Positions 27,779 through 43,100 are shown, counted from the first letter of the stretch. The stretch: 64,000 bases of DNA from the human T2T-CHM13v2.0 reference genome, Homo sapiens (GCF_009914755.1 NC_060948.1); one strand, 5' to 3'. Made by a program: numbers and translations. The notes: generated by a model not told the origin, from the sequence alone.

Positions 27779-30700
27779 AAGAGACAAATGGAATGGAAAC
27801 GAATTCAATGGAATTGAAAAGAATAGGATGGAATGGCGTGTAATGGTAAGATACTAAATGGAATGGAATTGAATGGAATGTAATGGACCCAAATGTAATG
27901 CACTCGAAAGGAATATACTCAAATAGAATGGAATCGAAAGGAAAGGTCTCAAATGGAATTTATTCAATACAATGGAATCGAATGGAATGCAATAGAATGG
28001 AATGGAATCGAATGTAATGGAATCAAATAGAATGGACCAGATTGGAATGGACTGCCATAGAACGGACTGCAGTGTAATGGATTGAATTCTAAATCATTCA
28101 AATGGAATGGAATTGAATGGAATGGAATCCAATGGAATGGATAGGATTGTACTGGAATGGAATAGCATGGAATGCAACGGAGTGGAATGGAGTTGAATGA
28201 AGTGGAATGGAATCGATTGGAATGGAATCAAATGGAATGGACGGGAATGGAATGGACTGGAAGAGAACAGACTCGAATTTAATGGATTGCACTGTAATTG
28301 ATTCAAATGGAAAGGAATCGAATGGAATGTAATAAAATTGAAGGGATTTGAGTTCAATGCAATGGAGTAGAATGGAATGCAAAGGAAAGGAAAGGTACGG
28401 AGTGAAATCGAGTTTAATGGAATCGAATGGAATGAAATGGAATGGAATGGACTCAAAAGAAATGGAAGAGGGACAAAACGGAATCGAACTGATTGGAATC
28501 GAACGGAACGGAATGGAATGGAATGGTCTCCATTGGATCGGAGTAGAACGGACTGGAATGGAATGGAATGAAATGGAATGGAAAGGAATAGAATGGAATG
28601 GAATGGAATGGAATGGAATGGAAGGTAATGGAAAGATATCGAACGGATTGGAAAGGAATGGAATGGACCCTAATGGAATGGAATGGAATTCAACAGAAAC
28701 GAATGGAATAGACTGGAGTGAAATGGAGTCGAATGTAATTGACTGTAGTGTAATGGACTCGAAAGGAATGGACTCGAATAGAATGGACTGGAATGGATTG
28801 TACTCGAATGGAGTGGAAAGGAATAAAATGGATTCCACCAGATTGGATTGGAACAGAATGTAATGGAATGGAATGGAATGCAATGGAATAGCTCCAATAG
28901 AATGGAGTCGAATGCAATGGAACAGAAAGGAAAGGGATTGAATGGAATTGAAAGGAATAGAACAAAATGGAGTGCAAAGGAAAGATATCGAATGGAATGG
29001 ATCGAAAAGAAATCGAATGGAATGGACAGGAATGGAATGGAATTGAATGGAATAGACTGGCGTGCAATGAAAACGAATGGAATGGAAACGAATGGAATGC
29101 AATGGAAAGGAATGGAGTAGAATAAATACTATGGAATGGAATGGAGGCGAAAGGAAAAGAATGGATTGGAATGTCACCGAATGGAAAGATATGGAATGGA
29201 AAGGAATGGATACGAATGGAATGGAATAGAAAGGAACGGAAAGGTAAAGAATGGAATGGAATCGGATAGAATGGAATGCAATGTAATGGAGTCGAATGGA
29301 AAATAATCGTGTAGAATGATATCGAATGGAATGGAATTGAATGGAATGGAATGGAATGGACTCGAATGGAATGTACTCAAATGGATTAGAATAGAATGGA
29401 ATGGAACTAAACGTAATGAACTCGAATGGAATGGACACAAATAGAATGGAAGAGAAAGGAATGGTATTGAATGGAATTTATTCGAATAGAGTGGAATTGA
29501 ATGGAATGCAACAGTGTGGCATGGAATCAAATGGAATGGAATCGAATGGAATGGACCCGAGTGGAATGGACTCACATAGAACAGCCTCGAATGTAATGGA
29601 TGACAATGTATTAGATTCGAAAGGACTGAAATCGAATGGAATGTAATCAAGTAGAACGGAATTGAATGCATGGAATGGCATAGAAAGTAACGCAATGGAA
29701 TGGAATAGACTGGAATGGAATGGAATCGGATGGAATGTAATGAAATGTAATGGAAGGAATGCCATGGAATGGAATGGAATGGAATGCAATGGGACGGTGT
29801 ATAATGGAGTGCAATGGATTTCAGTGGAATGTAGTCAAAAGGAAAGAAATAGAATGGAATTCAATATAATGGAATGGCATCCAATGGCAAGGAATGGAGC
29901 GGACTCCAATGGAAACGACATGAAAGGAATATAATATAATGGAATGGCATTGAACGAAATGGAACGCAATGGAGTTAAAAGGTAAAATATCGAATGGAAA
30001 AGAATTGAATGGACTCGAAAGGAACATAATGGAATGGAATGGACTCGAATGGAATGTACTAGAGTTGAATGGAATCGAATGGAATGGAAAACAATGGAAA
30101 GGAAAGGAAGGGAATTGAAAGGAAAGGAATAGAATGGAATGGAATCGGACGGAACGGAATTGAATGGAATGGAAACTAAAGGAATAGAATAGAAAGGAAT
30201 CGCATTGAATGAAATGGAATGGAATGGAATCAGATGGAACAGAAAGGAATGGAATAGAATCGAATGGAATGGCATCGAATGGATGGAATGGAATGGAATG
30301 GAATGGAATAGAAAGGAATGGAATGGACTCGAATGGAATGTACTCAAATGGAATAGAATAGAATGGAATGGAAGTAAATATAATGGACTCGAATGGAATG
30401 CATTGGAATAAATTGGAATTGAGTGTATTGGATTCGAATGGAAAGGAATGGAATGGAATGGAATGGAATGGAATGGAATGGATTCGAATGGAATGGAATC
30501 GAATGGAATGGAACGAATTGGAATGTAATTGAATGGAGTCAAAAACAGTAGAAAGAAATAAAGATTCATCGAATGATATCGAACGGAATTGAATGGAATG
30601 TACGCGAATGGAATGGACTGGAATGGAATGGAGTGACATGTAACGGAATCGAAAGGAATGGAATCCAATGAAATGGAATTGAATGGAATAGAAATGAATA

Positions 30701-33700
30701 GAATGGAATGGAGATTAATGGAAAGATATTAAAATAATGGAATGGAATTGAGTGGACACGAATGGAATGGACTGGAATGGAAAGGACTCGAATGAAATGG
30801 AGCGCATTAGAATGGACTCGAATGGAATGGATTGGAGTGGAATGGTCTCGAATGGATTGGAAAGGAATGGAATGGAAAGGAATAGAATGGAATGTAATCA
30901 AAAGGAACGAAATGGAATGGAATGGATTCGACTGGAGCAGAATTGAATGGAGTGGAATTGAATGGAATGGAATGCAATCGAATGCAATGGACACGAATCA
31001 AATAGAATGAAATGAAATGGCATAGAATGGAATGGAATGGAATGGAACGGAACGGAATGGAATGGCATGGAATGGAATGGCATGGCATGGAATGGAATGG
31101 AATGGAATGGAATGGAATGGAATGGAATGGAATGGATTCGAATGGAATGGAATCGAATGGAATGGAACGAATTGGAATGTAATTGAATGGAGTCTAAAAC
31201 AGTAGAAAGAAATAAAGTTTCATCGAATGATATCGAATGGAATTGAATGGAATGTACGTGAATGGAATGGACTGGAATGGAATGGAGTGACATGTAACGG
31301 AATCGAAAGGAATGGAATCCAATGAAATGGAATTGAATGGAATAGAAATGAATAGAATGGAACGGAGATTAATGAAAAGATATTAAAATAATGGAATGGA
31401 ATTGAGTGGACACGAATGGAATGGACTGGAATGGAAAGGACTCGAATGAAATGGAGCGCATCAGAATGGACTCGAATGGAATGGATTGGAGTGGAATGGT
31501 CTCGAATGGATTGGAAAGGAATGGAATGGAAAGGAATAGAATGGAATGTAATCACATGGAACGAAATGGAATGGAATGGATTCGACTGGAGCAGAATTGA
31601 ATGGAGTGGAATTGAATGGAATGGAATGCCATCGAATGGAATGGACACGAATCGAATAGTATGAACTGAAATGGCATAGAATGGAATGGAATGGAATGGA
31701 ATGGAATGGAATGGAATGGAATGGAATGGAACGGAATGGAATGGCATGGAATGGAATGGCATGGCATGGCATGGCATGGAATGGAATGGAATGAAGTGGA
31801 TTGGAATGGGATGGACCCAAAAGTAATAGACTCAAATAAAAGGGACTCAAGTAGAACGAACTGGAAAGAAACGGTCTCGAATGTAATTTATTCGAATAGA
31901 ATGATATTGAATGGAATGCAACAGTATGGAATGGTATCGAATAGAATGGAATAGAATGGAATGGAATGGAACGGAATGGAGTGCAATTGAACGGACTCAA
32001 ATGCAATAAATTACAATATAATTGATTCAAATGGAATGGAATCGAATAGAATGTAAACAAATGGAATGGAAGGCAATGTAATGGAAAGGAATCGAATGAA
32101 ATGGAATAAACGGAATGGAATGGAATGGAAAGGACGCGAATATATTGGACTGTTAAGGAAAGGTGTCAAATCGAATTTATTCCAATAGTATGGAATCGAA
32201 TGAAATGCAATACTATTGAATCGAATCGAATGGAATGGAATTGAATGGAATGGACAGGAATGGAATGAACTGGAAGTGAATGGACAGGAACGTAATATAT
32301 TGCAATGTAATTTATTGAAATGGAATGGAATGCAATCGAATGGAATGGACTCGATTGGAATGGACTGGAGTGGAATGGACTCAATTGGAATGGCAAGGAA
32401 TGTAATGGAATGGAATGCAAAGCAAAGGAATCTACTGGAATAGAATCGAACGGAACAGAAAGGAATGGAATAGAATGGAGTAGAATGGACTCGAATGGAA
32501 TGTATTCGAATGTAATGGACCTAAAAAGGAATGGAATCCAATGGAATGGAATTGAATGGAATCAAGAGGAATAGAGTGTAATTGAATATCGAAAGGAAGG
32601 GAATGGAATGAACTCGAATGGAATGCACTGGAATGGAATGGACTCGATCAGAACGGACTGGAGAGGAATGTACACAAATGGAATGGAATGAAATGGAATG
32701 GAATGAAATGGAATTGAAAGGAACGGAATCAAATGGATTGGAATGGAAGGGAATGGATTGGAATAGAATGGATTCAAATAAAATAGAATCGATGGGAATG
32801 GTACTGAATGAAAGGGACTTGAATGGAATGGAAAGCAATGGAAGATATTGGAATCGAATGGCATCGCATGAAATGGAATGGAACGGAATGGAATGGAACC
32901 GAATGGAATGGAATGGACTCAAATTTAATGGACACCAATGGAATCGACTGAAATATAATATTGTCGAAAGGAATGGCCTTGAGCGGAATATATTTGAATA
33001 GAATGGAATCAAATGGAATACAATATTATTGAATGGAATCGAATGGAATGGAATCGAATGGAATGTAATCAAATGGAATGGAACGGAATTCAATATAATG
33101 GAGTAGAATGGAATGCATTGGAAAGGAGCAGAGTGAAATCAAGTGGAATGGAATCGAGTGGAATGGAATCAATGGGAACAAAATCGAATTGAATGGACTT
33201 GAATGGAATTGACTCAAAAGGAATGGACTGGAACAAAAAGGAATCAAATGGACAGGAATGGGATGGAATGGACACGAATGGAATGGAGTCAAATTCAAAC
33301 GCATCGAATGGAATGGATTGAAATGGAATGCATTGGAATGGAACAGAAAGGAAGAGAATGGAATTGAGAGTAATGGAAAGATATCGATTGGAATGAAATG
33401 GAATGGAAAGGAATTGAATGGAAAGGAATGGAGTGGAAAGAAATGGATTGGAATGGAATGGTCTCCAATGGAATGGACTGGAGTGGAATGGAATCGAATG
33501 GAATGAAAAGAATGGAACGGAATGGAACGGAAAGGAATAGAATGTTATGGAATCCGATTGGACAGAATGGAATTGAATGCAGTTTCATGAAATGGAGTCG
33601 AATAGAGTGGCATCAAAAGGAATGGAATGGAATGGAGTGGACTCAAAAGGAATGGACTCGAAAGGAATGGAGTCGAACCAAACTGATTCAAATGGATTGA

Positions 33701-34001
33701 AGTCGAACAGAATGGAATGGAATGGAATGAACTCGACTGGAGTAGAGAGGAATGTAAAGGAATAGAATGGAATGTAATCAAATGGATTGCAAGTGAATGG
33801 AATCAAAAATAATAGAAAGGAATGGAGTGTAAAGGGATGATATTGAATATAATGGAATGGAATGGAATTTAATGGAATGGAGATGAAGGAATGGACAGGA
33901 ATGTAATGGACTCCAATGGAATGGAATGGATCAAAATGGATTTGAACAGATTGGAATCGAACGGAATGGAATGCAATGGAATGGAATGGACTCGAATGGA
34001 G
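27779..34001 (+). repeat. Higher-order unit 6 (6223 bp), long variant with a 654-bp internal duplication
   Basis: Landmarks at 27779 and 34002. The AAAACAGTAGAAAGAAATAAAG marker occurs twice (~30542, ~31196). Paired ORFs 30752/31406 and 30762/31416 differ by 654. Confidence 0.93.
30480..31787 (+). repeat. 2 x 654-bp tandem duplication inside unit 6
   Basis: GGATTCGAATGGAATGGAATCGAATGGAATGGAACGAATTGG begins at 30480 and 31134. The right end is approximate because it falls in a GGAAT/GGCAT tract. Confidence 0.92.
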
Positions 34002-37000
34002 AAGAGACAAATGGAATGGAAACGAATTCAATGGAATTGAAAAGAATAGGATGGAATGGCGTGTAATGGTAAGATACTAAGTGGAATGGAATTGAATGGA
34101 ATGTAATGGACCCAAATGTAATGCACTCGAAAGGAATATACTCAAATAGAATGGAATCGAAAGGAAAGGTCTCAAATGGAATTTATTCAATACAATGGAA
34201 TCGAATGGAATGCAATAGAATGGAATGGAATCGAATGTAATGGAATCAAATAGAATGGACCAGAATGGAATGGACTGCCATAGAACGGACTGCAGTGTAA
34301 TGGATTGAATTCTAATTCATTCAAATGGAATGGAATTGAATGGAATGGAATCCAATGGAATGGATAGGATTGTACTGGAATGGAATAGCATGGAATGCAA
34401 CGGAGTGGAATGGAGTTGAATGAAGTGGAATGGAATCGATTGGAATGGAATCAAATGGAATGGACGGGAATGGAATGGACTGGAAGAGAACAGACTGGAA
34501 TTTAATGGATTGCACTGTAATTGATTCAAATGGAATGGAATCGAATGGAATGTAATAAAATTGAAGGGATTTGAGTTCAATGCAATGGAATAGAATGGAA
34601 TGCAAAGGAAAGGAAAGGTACGGAGTGAAATCGAGTGTAATGGAATCGAATGGAATGAAATGGAATGGAATGGACTCAAAAGAAATGGACGAGGGACAAA
34701 ACGGAATCGAACTGATTGGAATCGAACGGAACGGAATGGAATGGAATGGTCTCCATTGGATCGGAGTAGAACGGACTGGAATGGAATGGAATGAAATGGA
34801 ATGGAAAGGAATAGAATGGAATGGAATGGAATGGAATGGAATGGAAGGTAATGGAAAGATATCGAACGGATTGGAAAGGAATGGAATGGACCCTAATGGA
34901 ATGGAATGGAATTCAACAGAAACGAATGGAATGGACTGGAGTGAAATGGAGTCGAATGTATTTGACTGGAGTGGAATGGACTCGAAAGGAATGGACTCGA
35001 ATAGAATGGACTGGAATGGATTGTACTCGAATGGAGTGGAAAGGAATACAATGGATTCCACCAGATTGGAATGGAACAGAATGTAATGGAATGGAATGGA
35101 ATGCAATGGAATAGCTCCAATGGAATGGAGTCGAATGCAATGGAACAGAAAGGAAAGGAATTGAATGGAATTGAAAGGAATAGAACAAAATGGAGTGCAA
35201 AGGAAAGATATCGAATGGAATGGATTGAAAAGAAATCGAATGGAATGGACAGGAATGGAATGGAATAGAATGGAATAGACTGGCGTGCAATGAAAACGAA
35301 TGGAATGGAAACGAATGGAATGCAATGGAAAGGAATGGAGTAGAATAAATACTATGGAATGGAATGGAGGCGAAAGGAAAAGAATGGATTGGAATGTCAC
35401 CGAATGGAAAGATATGGAATGGAAAGGAATGGATACGAATGGAATGGAATAGAAAGGAACGGAAAGGTAAAGAATGGAATGGAATCGGATAGAATGGAAT
35501 GCAATGTAATGGAGTCGAATGGAAAATAATCGTGTAGAATGATATCGAATGGAATGGAATTGAATGGAATGGAATGGAATGGACTCGAATGGAATGTACT
35601 CAAATGGATTAGAATAGAATGGAATGGAACTAAACGTAATGAACTCGAATGGAATGGACACAAATAGAATGGAAGAGAAAGGAATGGTATTGAATGGAAA
35701 TTATTCGAATAGAGAGGAATTCAATGGAATGCAACAGTGTGGCATGGAATCAAATGGAATGGAATCGAATGGAATGGACCCGAGTGGAATGGACTCACAT
35801 AGAACAGCCTCGAATGTAATGGATGACAATGTATTAGATTCGAAAGGACTGAAATCGAATGGAATGTAATCAAGTAGAACGGAATTGAATGCATGGAATG
35901 GCATAGAAAGTAACGCAATGGAATGGAATAGACTGGAATGGAATGGAATCGGATGGAATGTAATGAAATGTAATGGAAGGAATGCCATGGAATGGAATGG
36001 AATGGAATGCAATGGGACGGTGTATAATGGAGTGCAATGGATTTCAGTGGAATGTAGTCAAAAGAAAAGAAATAGAATGGAATTCAATAAAATGGAATGG
36101 CATCCAATGGCAAGGAATGGAGCGGACTCCAATGGAAACGACATGAAAGGAATATAATATAATGGAATGGCATTGAACGAAATGGAACGGAATGGAGTTA
36201 AAAGGTAAAATATCGAATGGAAAAGAATTGAATGGACTCGAAAGGAATATAATGGAATGGAATGGACTCGAATGGAATGTACTAGAGTTGAATGGAATCG
36301 AATGGAATGGAAAACAATGGAAAGGAAAGGAAGGGAATTGAAAGGAAAGGAATAGAATGGAATGGAATCGGACGGAACGGAATTGAATGGAATGGAAACT
36401 AAAGGAATAGAATAGAATGGAATCGCATTGAATGAAATGGAATGGAATGGAGTCAGATGGAACAGAAAGGAATGGAATAGAATCGAATGGAATGGCATCG
36501 AATGGATGGAATGGAATGGAATGGAATGGAATAGAAAGGAATGGAATGGACTCGAATGGAATGTACTCAAATGGAATAGAATAGAATGGAATGGAAGTAA
36601 ATATAATGGACTCGAATGGAATGCATTGGAATAAATTGGAATTGAGTGTATTGGATTCGAATGGAAAGGAATGGAATGGAATGGAATGGAATGGAATGGA
36701 TTCGAATGGAATGGAATCGAATGGAATGGAACGAATTGGAATGTAATTGAATGGAGTCAAAAACAGTAGAAAGAAATAAAGATTCATCGAATGATATCGA
36801 ACGGAATTGAATGGAATGTACGCGAATGGAATGGACTGGAATGGAATGGAGTGACATGTAACGGAATAGAAAGGAATGGAATCCAATGAAATGGAATTGA
36901 ATGGAATAGAAATGAATAGAATGGAATGGAGATTAATGGAAAGATATTAAAATAATGGAATGGAATTGAGTGGACACGAATGGAATGGACTGGAATGGAA

Positions 37001-40000
37001 AGGACTCGAATGAAATGGAGCGCATTAGAATGGACTCGAATGGAATGGATTGGAGTGGAATGGTCTCGAATGGGTTGGAAAGGAATGGAATGGAAAGGAA
37101 TGGAATGGAATGTAATCAAAAGGAACGAAATGGAATGGAATGGATTCGACTGGAGCAGAATTGAATGGAGTGGAATTGAATGGAATGGAATGCAATCGAA
37201 TGGAATGGACACGAATCAAATAGAATGAAATGAAATGGCATAGAATGGAATGGAATGGAATGGAATGGAATGGAATGGAATGGAACGGAATGGAATGGCA
37301 TGGAATGGAATGGCATGGCATGGAATGGAATGGAATGGAATGGAATGGAATGGATTCGAATGGAATGGAATCGAATGGAATGGAACGAATTGGAATGTAA
37401 TTGAATGGAGTCAAAAACAGTAGAAAGAAATAAAGTTTCATCGAATGATATCGAATGGAATTGAATGGAATGTACGTGAATGGAATGGACTGGAATGGAA
37501 TGGAGTGACATGTAACGGAATCGAAAGGAATGGAATCCAATGAAATGGAATTGAATGGAATAGAAATGAATAGAATGGAACGGAGATTAATGAAAAGATA
37601 TTAAAATAATGGAATGGAATTGAGTGGACACGAATGGAATGGACTGGAATGGAAAGGACTCGAATGAAATGGAGCGCATTAGAATGGACTCGAATGGAAT
37701 GGATTGGAGTGGAATGGTCTCGAATGGATTGGAAAGGAATGGAATGGAAAGGAATAGAATGGAATGTAATCAAATGGAACGAAATGGAATGGAATGGATT
37801 CGACTGGAGCAGAATTGAATGGAGTGGAATTGAATGGAATGGAATGCAATCGAATGGAATGGACACGAATCGAATAGTATGAACTGAAATGGCATAGAAT
37901 GGAATGGAATGGAATGGAATGGAATGGAACGGAATGGAATGGCATGGAATGGAATGGCATGGCATGGCATGGCATGGAATGGAATGGAATGAAATGGATT
38001 GGAATGGGATGGACCCAAAAGTAATAGACTCAAATAAAAGGGACTCAAGTAGAACGAACTGGAAAGAAACGGTCTCGAATGTAATTTATTCGAATAGAAT
38101 GATATTGAATGGAATGCAACAGTATGGAATGGTATCGAATAGAATGGAATAGAATGGAATGGAATGGAGCGGAATGGAGTGCAATTGAACGGAATCAAAT
38201 GCAATAAATTACAATATAATTGATTCAAATGGAATGCAATCGAATAGAATGTAAACAAATGGAATGGAAGGCAATGTAATGGAAAGGAATCGAATGAAAT
38301 GGAATAAACGGAATGGAATGGAATGGAAAGGAAGCGAATATATTGGACTGTTAAGGAAAGGTGTCAAATCGAATTTATTCCAATAGTATGGAATCGAATG
38401 AAATGCAATACTATTGAATCGAATCGAATGGAATGGAATTGAATGGAATGGACAGGAATGGAATGAACTGGAAGTGAATGGACAGGAACGTAATATATTG
38501 CAATGTAATTTATTCAAATGGAATGGAATGCAATCGAATGGAATGGACTCGATTGGAATGGACTGGAGTGGAATGGACTCAAATGGAATGGCAAGGAATG
38601 TAATGGAATGGAATGCAAAGCAAAGGAATCTACTGGAATAGAATCGAACGGAACAGAAAGGAATGGAATGGAATGGAGTGGAATGGACTCGAATGGAATG
38701 TATTCGAATGTAATGGACCTAAAAAGGAATGGAATCCAATGGAATGGAATTGAATGGAATCAAGAGGAATAGAGTGTAATTGAATATCGAAAGGAAGGGA
38801 ATGGAATGAACTCGAATGGAATGCACTGGAATGGAATGGACTCGATCAGAACGGACTGGAGAGGAATGTACACAAATGGAATGGAATGAAATGGAATGGA
38901 ATGAAATGGAATTGAAAGGAACGGAATCAAATGGATTGGAATGGAATGGAATGGATTGGAATAGAATGGATTCAAATAAAATAGAATCGATGGGAATGGT
39001 ATTGAATGAAAGGGACTTGAATGGAATGGAAAGCAATGGAAGATATTGGAATCGAATGGCATCGCATGAAATGGAATGGAACGGAATGGAATGGAACCGA
39101 ATGGAATGGAATGGACTCAAAAGTAATGGACACCAATGGAATCGACTAAAATATAATAGTGTCGAAAGGAATGGCCTTGAGCGGAATTTATTTGAATAGA
39201 ATGGAATCAAATGGAATACAATACTATTGAATGGAATCGAATGGAATGGAATCGAATGGAATGTAATCAAATGGAATGGAACGGAATTCAATATAATGGA
39301 GTAGAATGGAATGCATTGGAAAGGAGCAGAGTGAAATCAAGTGGAATGGAATCGAGTGGAATGGAATCAATGGGAACAAAATCGAATTGAATGGACTTGA
39401 ATGGAATTGACTCGAAAGGAATGGACTGGAACAAAAAGGAATCAAATGGACAGGAATGGGATGGAATGGACACGAATGGAATGGAGTCAAATTCAAACGC
39501 ATCGAATGGAATGGATTGAAATGGAATGCAATGGAATGGAACAGAAAGGAAGAGAATGGAATTGAGAGTAATGGAAAGATATCGATTGGAATGAAATGGA
39601 ATGGAAAGGAATTGAATGGAAAGGAATGGAGTGGAAAGAAATGGATTGGAATGGAATGGTCTCCAATGGAATGGACTGGAGTGGAATGGAATCGAATGGA
39701 ATGAAAAGAATGGAACGGAATGGAACGGAAAGGAATAGAATGTTATGGAATCCGATTGGACAGAATGGAATGGAATGCAGTTTCATGAAATGGAGTCGAA
39801 TAGAGTGGCATCAAAAGGAATGGAATGGAATGGAGTGGACTCAAAAGGAATGGACTCGAAAGGAATGGAGTCCAACCAAATTGAATGAAATGGATTGGAG
39901 TCGAACAGAATGGAATGGAATGGAATGAACTCGACTGGAGTAGAGAGGAATGTAAAGGAATAGAATGGAATGTAATCAAATGGATTGCAAGTGAATGGAA

Positions 40001-40199
40001 TCAAAAATAATAGAAAGGAATGGAGTGTAAAGGGATGATATTGAATATAATGGAATGGAATGGAATTTAATGGAATGGAGTCGAAGGAATGGACAGGAAT
40101 GTAATGGACTCCAATGGAATGGTATGGATGAAAATGGATTTGAACAGATTGGAATCGAACGGAATGGAATGCAATGGAATGGAATGGACTCGAATGGAG
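34002..40199 (+). repeat. Higher-order unit 7 (6198 bp), long variant with a 654-bp internal duplication
   Basis: Landmarks at 34002 and 40200. Paired ORFs 36970/37624 and 36980/37634 differ by 654. Confidence 0.93.
36698..38005 (+). repeat. 2 x 654-bp tandem duplication inside unit 7
   Basis: The same marker begins at 36698 and 37352. The right end is approximate. Confidence 0.92.
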
Positions 40200-43100
40200 A
40201 AGAGACAAATGGAATGGAAACGAATTCAATGGAATTGAAAAGAATAGGATGGAATGGCGTGTAATGGTAAGATACTAAATGGAATGGAATTGAATGGAAT
40301 GGAATGGACCCAAATGTAATGCACTCGAAAGGAATATACTCAAATAGAATGGAATCGAAAGGAAAGGTCTCAAATGGAATTTATTCAATACAATGGAATC
40401 GAATGGAATGCAATAGAATGGAATGGAATCGAATGTAATGGAATCAAATAGAATGGACCAGAATGGAATGGACTGCCATAGAACGGACTGCAGTGTAATG
40501 GATTGAATTCTAATTCATTCAAATGGAATGGAATTGAATGGAATGGAATCCAATGGAATGGATAGGATTGTACTGGAATGGAATAGCATGGAATGCAACG
40601 GAGTGGAATGGAGTTGAATGAAGTGGAATGGAATCGATTGGAATGGAATCAAATGGAATGGACGGGAATGGAATGGACTGGAAGAGAACAGACTCGAATT
40701 TAATGGATTGCAATGTAATTGATTCAAATGGAATGGAATCGAATGGAATGTAATAAAATTGAAGGGATTTGAGTTCAATGCAATGGAATAGAATGGAATG
40801 CAAAGGAAAGGAAAGGTACGGAGTGAAATCGAGTGTAATGGAATCGAATGGAATGAAATCGAATTGAATGGACTCAAAAGAAATGGACGAGGGACAAAAC
40901 GGAATCGAACTGATTGGAATCGAACGGAACGGAATGGAATGGAATGGTCTCCATTGGATCGGAGTAGAACGGACTGGAATGGAATGGAATGAAATGGAAT
41001 GGAAAGGAATAGAATGGAACGGAATGGAATGGAATGGAATGGAATGGAAGGTAATGGAAAGATATCGAACGGATTGGAAAGGAATGGAATGGACCCTAAT
41101 GGAATGGAATAGAATTCAACAGAAACGAATGGAATGGAATGGAGTGAAATGGAGTCGAATGTAATTGACTGGAGTGGAATGGACTCGAAAGGAATGGACT
41201 CGAATAGAATGGACTGGAATGGATTGTACTCGAATGGAGTGGAAAGGAATACAATGGATTCCACCAGATTGGAATGGAACAGAATGTGATGGAATGGAAT
41301 GGAATGCAATGGAATAGCTCCAATGGAATGGAGTCGAATGCAATGGAACAGAAAGGAAAGGAATTGAATGGAATTGAAAGGAATAGAACAAAATGGAGTG
41401 CAAAGGAAAGATATCGAATGGAATGGATCGAAAAGAAATCGAATGGAATGGACAGGAATGGAATGGAATAGAATGGAATAGACTGGCGTGCAATGAAAAC
41501 GAATCGAATGGAAACGAATGGAATGCAATGGAAAGGAATGGAGTAGAATAAATACTATGGAATGGAATGGAGGCGAAAGGAAAAGAATGGATTGGAATGT
41601 CACCGAATGGAAAGCTATGGAATGGAAAGGAATGGATACGAATGGAATGGAATAGAAAGGAACGGAAAGGTAAAGAATGGAATGGAATCGGATAGAATGG
41701 AATGCAATGTAATGGAGTCGAATGGAAAATAATCGTGTAGAATGATATCGAATGGAATGGAATTGAATGGAATGGAATGGAATGGACTCGAATGGAATGT
41801 ACTCAAATGGATTAGAATAGAATGGAATGGAACTAAACGTAATGAACTCGAATGGAATGGACACAAATAGAATGGAAGAGAAAGGAATGGTATTGAATGG
41901 AATTTATTCGAATAGAGTGGAATTGAATGGAATGCAACAGTGTGGCATGGAATCAAATGGAATGGAATCGAATGGAATGGACCCGAGTGGAATGGACTCA
42001 CATAGAACAGCCTCGAATGTAATGGATGACAATGTATTAGATTCGAAAGGACTGAAATCGAATGGAATGTAATCAAGTAGAACGGAATTGAATGCATGGA
42101 ATGGCATGGAAAGTAACGCAATGGAATGGAATAGACTGTAATGGAATGGAATCGGATGGAATGTAATGAAATGTAATGGAAGGAATGCCATGGAATGGAA
42201 TGGAATGGAATGCAATGGGACGGTGTATAATGGAGTGCAATGGATTTCAGTGGAATGTAGTCCAAAGGAAAGAAATAGAATGGAATTCAATAAAATAGAA
42301 TGGCATCCAATGGCAAGGAATGGAGCGGACTCCAATGGAAACGACATGAAAGGAATATAATATAATGAAATGGCATTGAACGAAATGGAATGCAATGGAG
42401 TTAAAAGGTAAAATATCGAATGGAAAAGAATTGAATGGACTCGAAAGGAATATAATGGAATGGAATGGACTCGAATGGAATGTACTAGAGTTGAATGGAA
42501 TCGAATGGAATGGAAAACAATGGAAAGGAAAGGAAGGGAATTGAAAGGAAAGGAATAGAATGGAATGGAATCGGATGGAACGGAATTGAATGGAATGGAA
42601 ACTAAAGGAATAGAATAGAAAGGAATCGCATTGAATGGAATGGAATGGAATGGAATCAGATGGAACAGAAAAGAATGGAATAGAATCGAATGGAATGGCA
42701 TCGAATGGATGGAATGGAATGGAATGGAATGGAATAGAAAGGAATGGAATGGACTCGAATGGAATGTACTCAAATGGAATAGAATAGAATGGAATGGAAG
42801 TAAATATAATGGACTCGAATGGAATGCATTGGAATAAATTGGAATTGAGTGTATTGGATTCGAATGGAAAGGAATGGAATGGAATGGAATGGAGTGGAAT
42901 GGATTGGAATGGAATGGAATCGAATGGAATTTAACGAATTGTAACGTAATTGAATGGAGTCAAAAACGGTAGAAAGAAATAGAGTTTCATTGAATGATAT
43001 CGAATGGAATTGAATGGAATGTACGCGAATGGAATGGACTGGAATGGAATGGAGTGACATGTAACGGAATCGAAAGGAATGGAATCCAATGAAATGGAAT

